This document shows, in pieces, positions 63,945-64,000 of a stretch of 64,000 bases of DNA. Source of the DNA: Perna viridis (Eukaryota); NCBI GenBank assembly GCA_037379345.1, contig CM074518.1:8432001-8496000 (forward strand). Direction: 5' to 3'. The position numbers and the translations under genes are program-made. The notes beneath the pieces are model-generated. The model saw only the letters and a list, made by a program, of their open reading frames with translations, had not been told where the DNA came from and did no database searches. Each line of letters starts with the position of its first letter. The first letter of the stretch is position 1.

Positions 63945-64000
63945 CTAGAGGAGCATGCCCAAGATGGGGATGCTTTTGAAGGGGCTATTGGGACCAAGGA
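63945..64000 (-). CDS. C-terminus of an adintovirus/Polinton small core-like protein (partial)
   Basis: Reads LGPNSPFKSIPILGMLL-stop, ending 10 nt before the GasderminX-like ATG; the motif is recalled from adintovirus small proteins. Confidence 0.55.
   Translation of the reverse strand, partial: LGPNSPFKSIPILGMLL

Larger units (their letters stand above)
61977..64000. mobile_element. Left end of an endogenous Polinton/Maverick (adintovirus-like) element, runs off the window
   Basis: AGTAGTAGT start at 61977, repeat-containing non-coding arm, then compact, more GC-rich intronless ORFs resembling adintovirus genes. The boundary is inferred. Confidence 0.65.

Overview
AT-rich, transposon-dense eukaryotic DNA; the repeat families suggest a bivalve mollusc (oyster-like), which is an inference. 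The only apparent host genes are two minus-strand paralogues with a single coding exon, encoding type II membrane glycosyltransferase-like proteins: 29404-30468 is intact, and 10821-11909 has an in-frame stop right after its signal anchor. The dominant repeat is a ~510-bp non-autonomous retroposon (11 near-full-length copies plus about 10 fragments, 10-14 bp target-site duplications, two self-nested insertions). It has no tRNA/Pol III head. Instead it starts at an almost invariant nucleotide with a predicted H-type pseudoknot followed by a chain of hairpins, then a Nin/Deu-like core and an (AAAC)n/(AATC)n tail. That head is my best candidate for an undescribed functional RNA (ribozyme or 5'-end protection module). 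Other remnants: Penelope-like (Naiad-type) RT 3' ends with a structured 3' UTR, CR1 and RTEX-like LINEs, Gypsy and BEL/Pao pol, a MULE, a Sola2-like transposase linked to a vertnin-like OTU domain, an intronless TatD-like pseudogene, a Helentron-type HINE, ~175-bp arrays and a tRNA-like repeat. The last ~2 kb is the probable left end of an endogenous Polinton/adintovirus: AGTAGT terminus, OB-fold-like ORF, frameshifted GasderminX-like gene and a core-protein-like C-terminus. All family calls come from motif recognition by eye; no searches were run.
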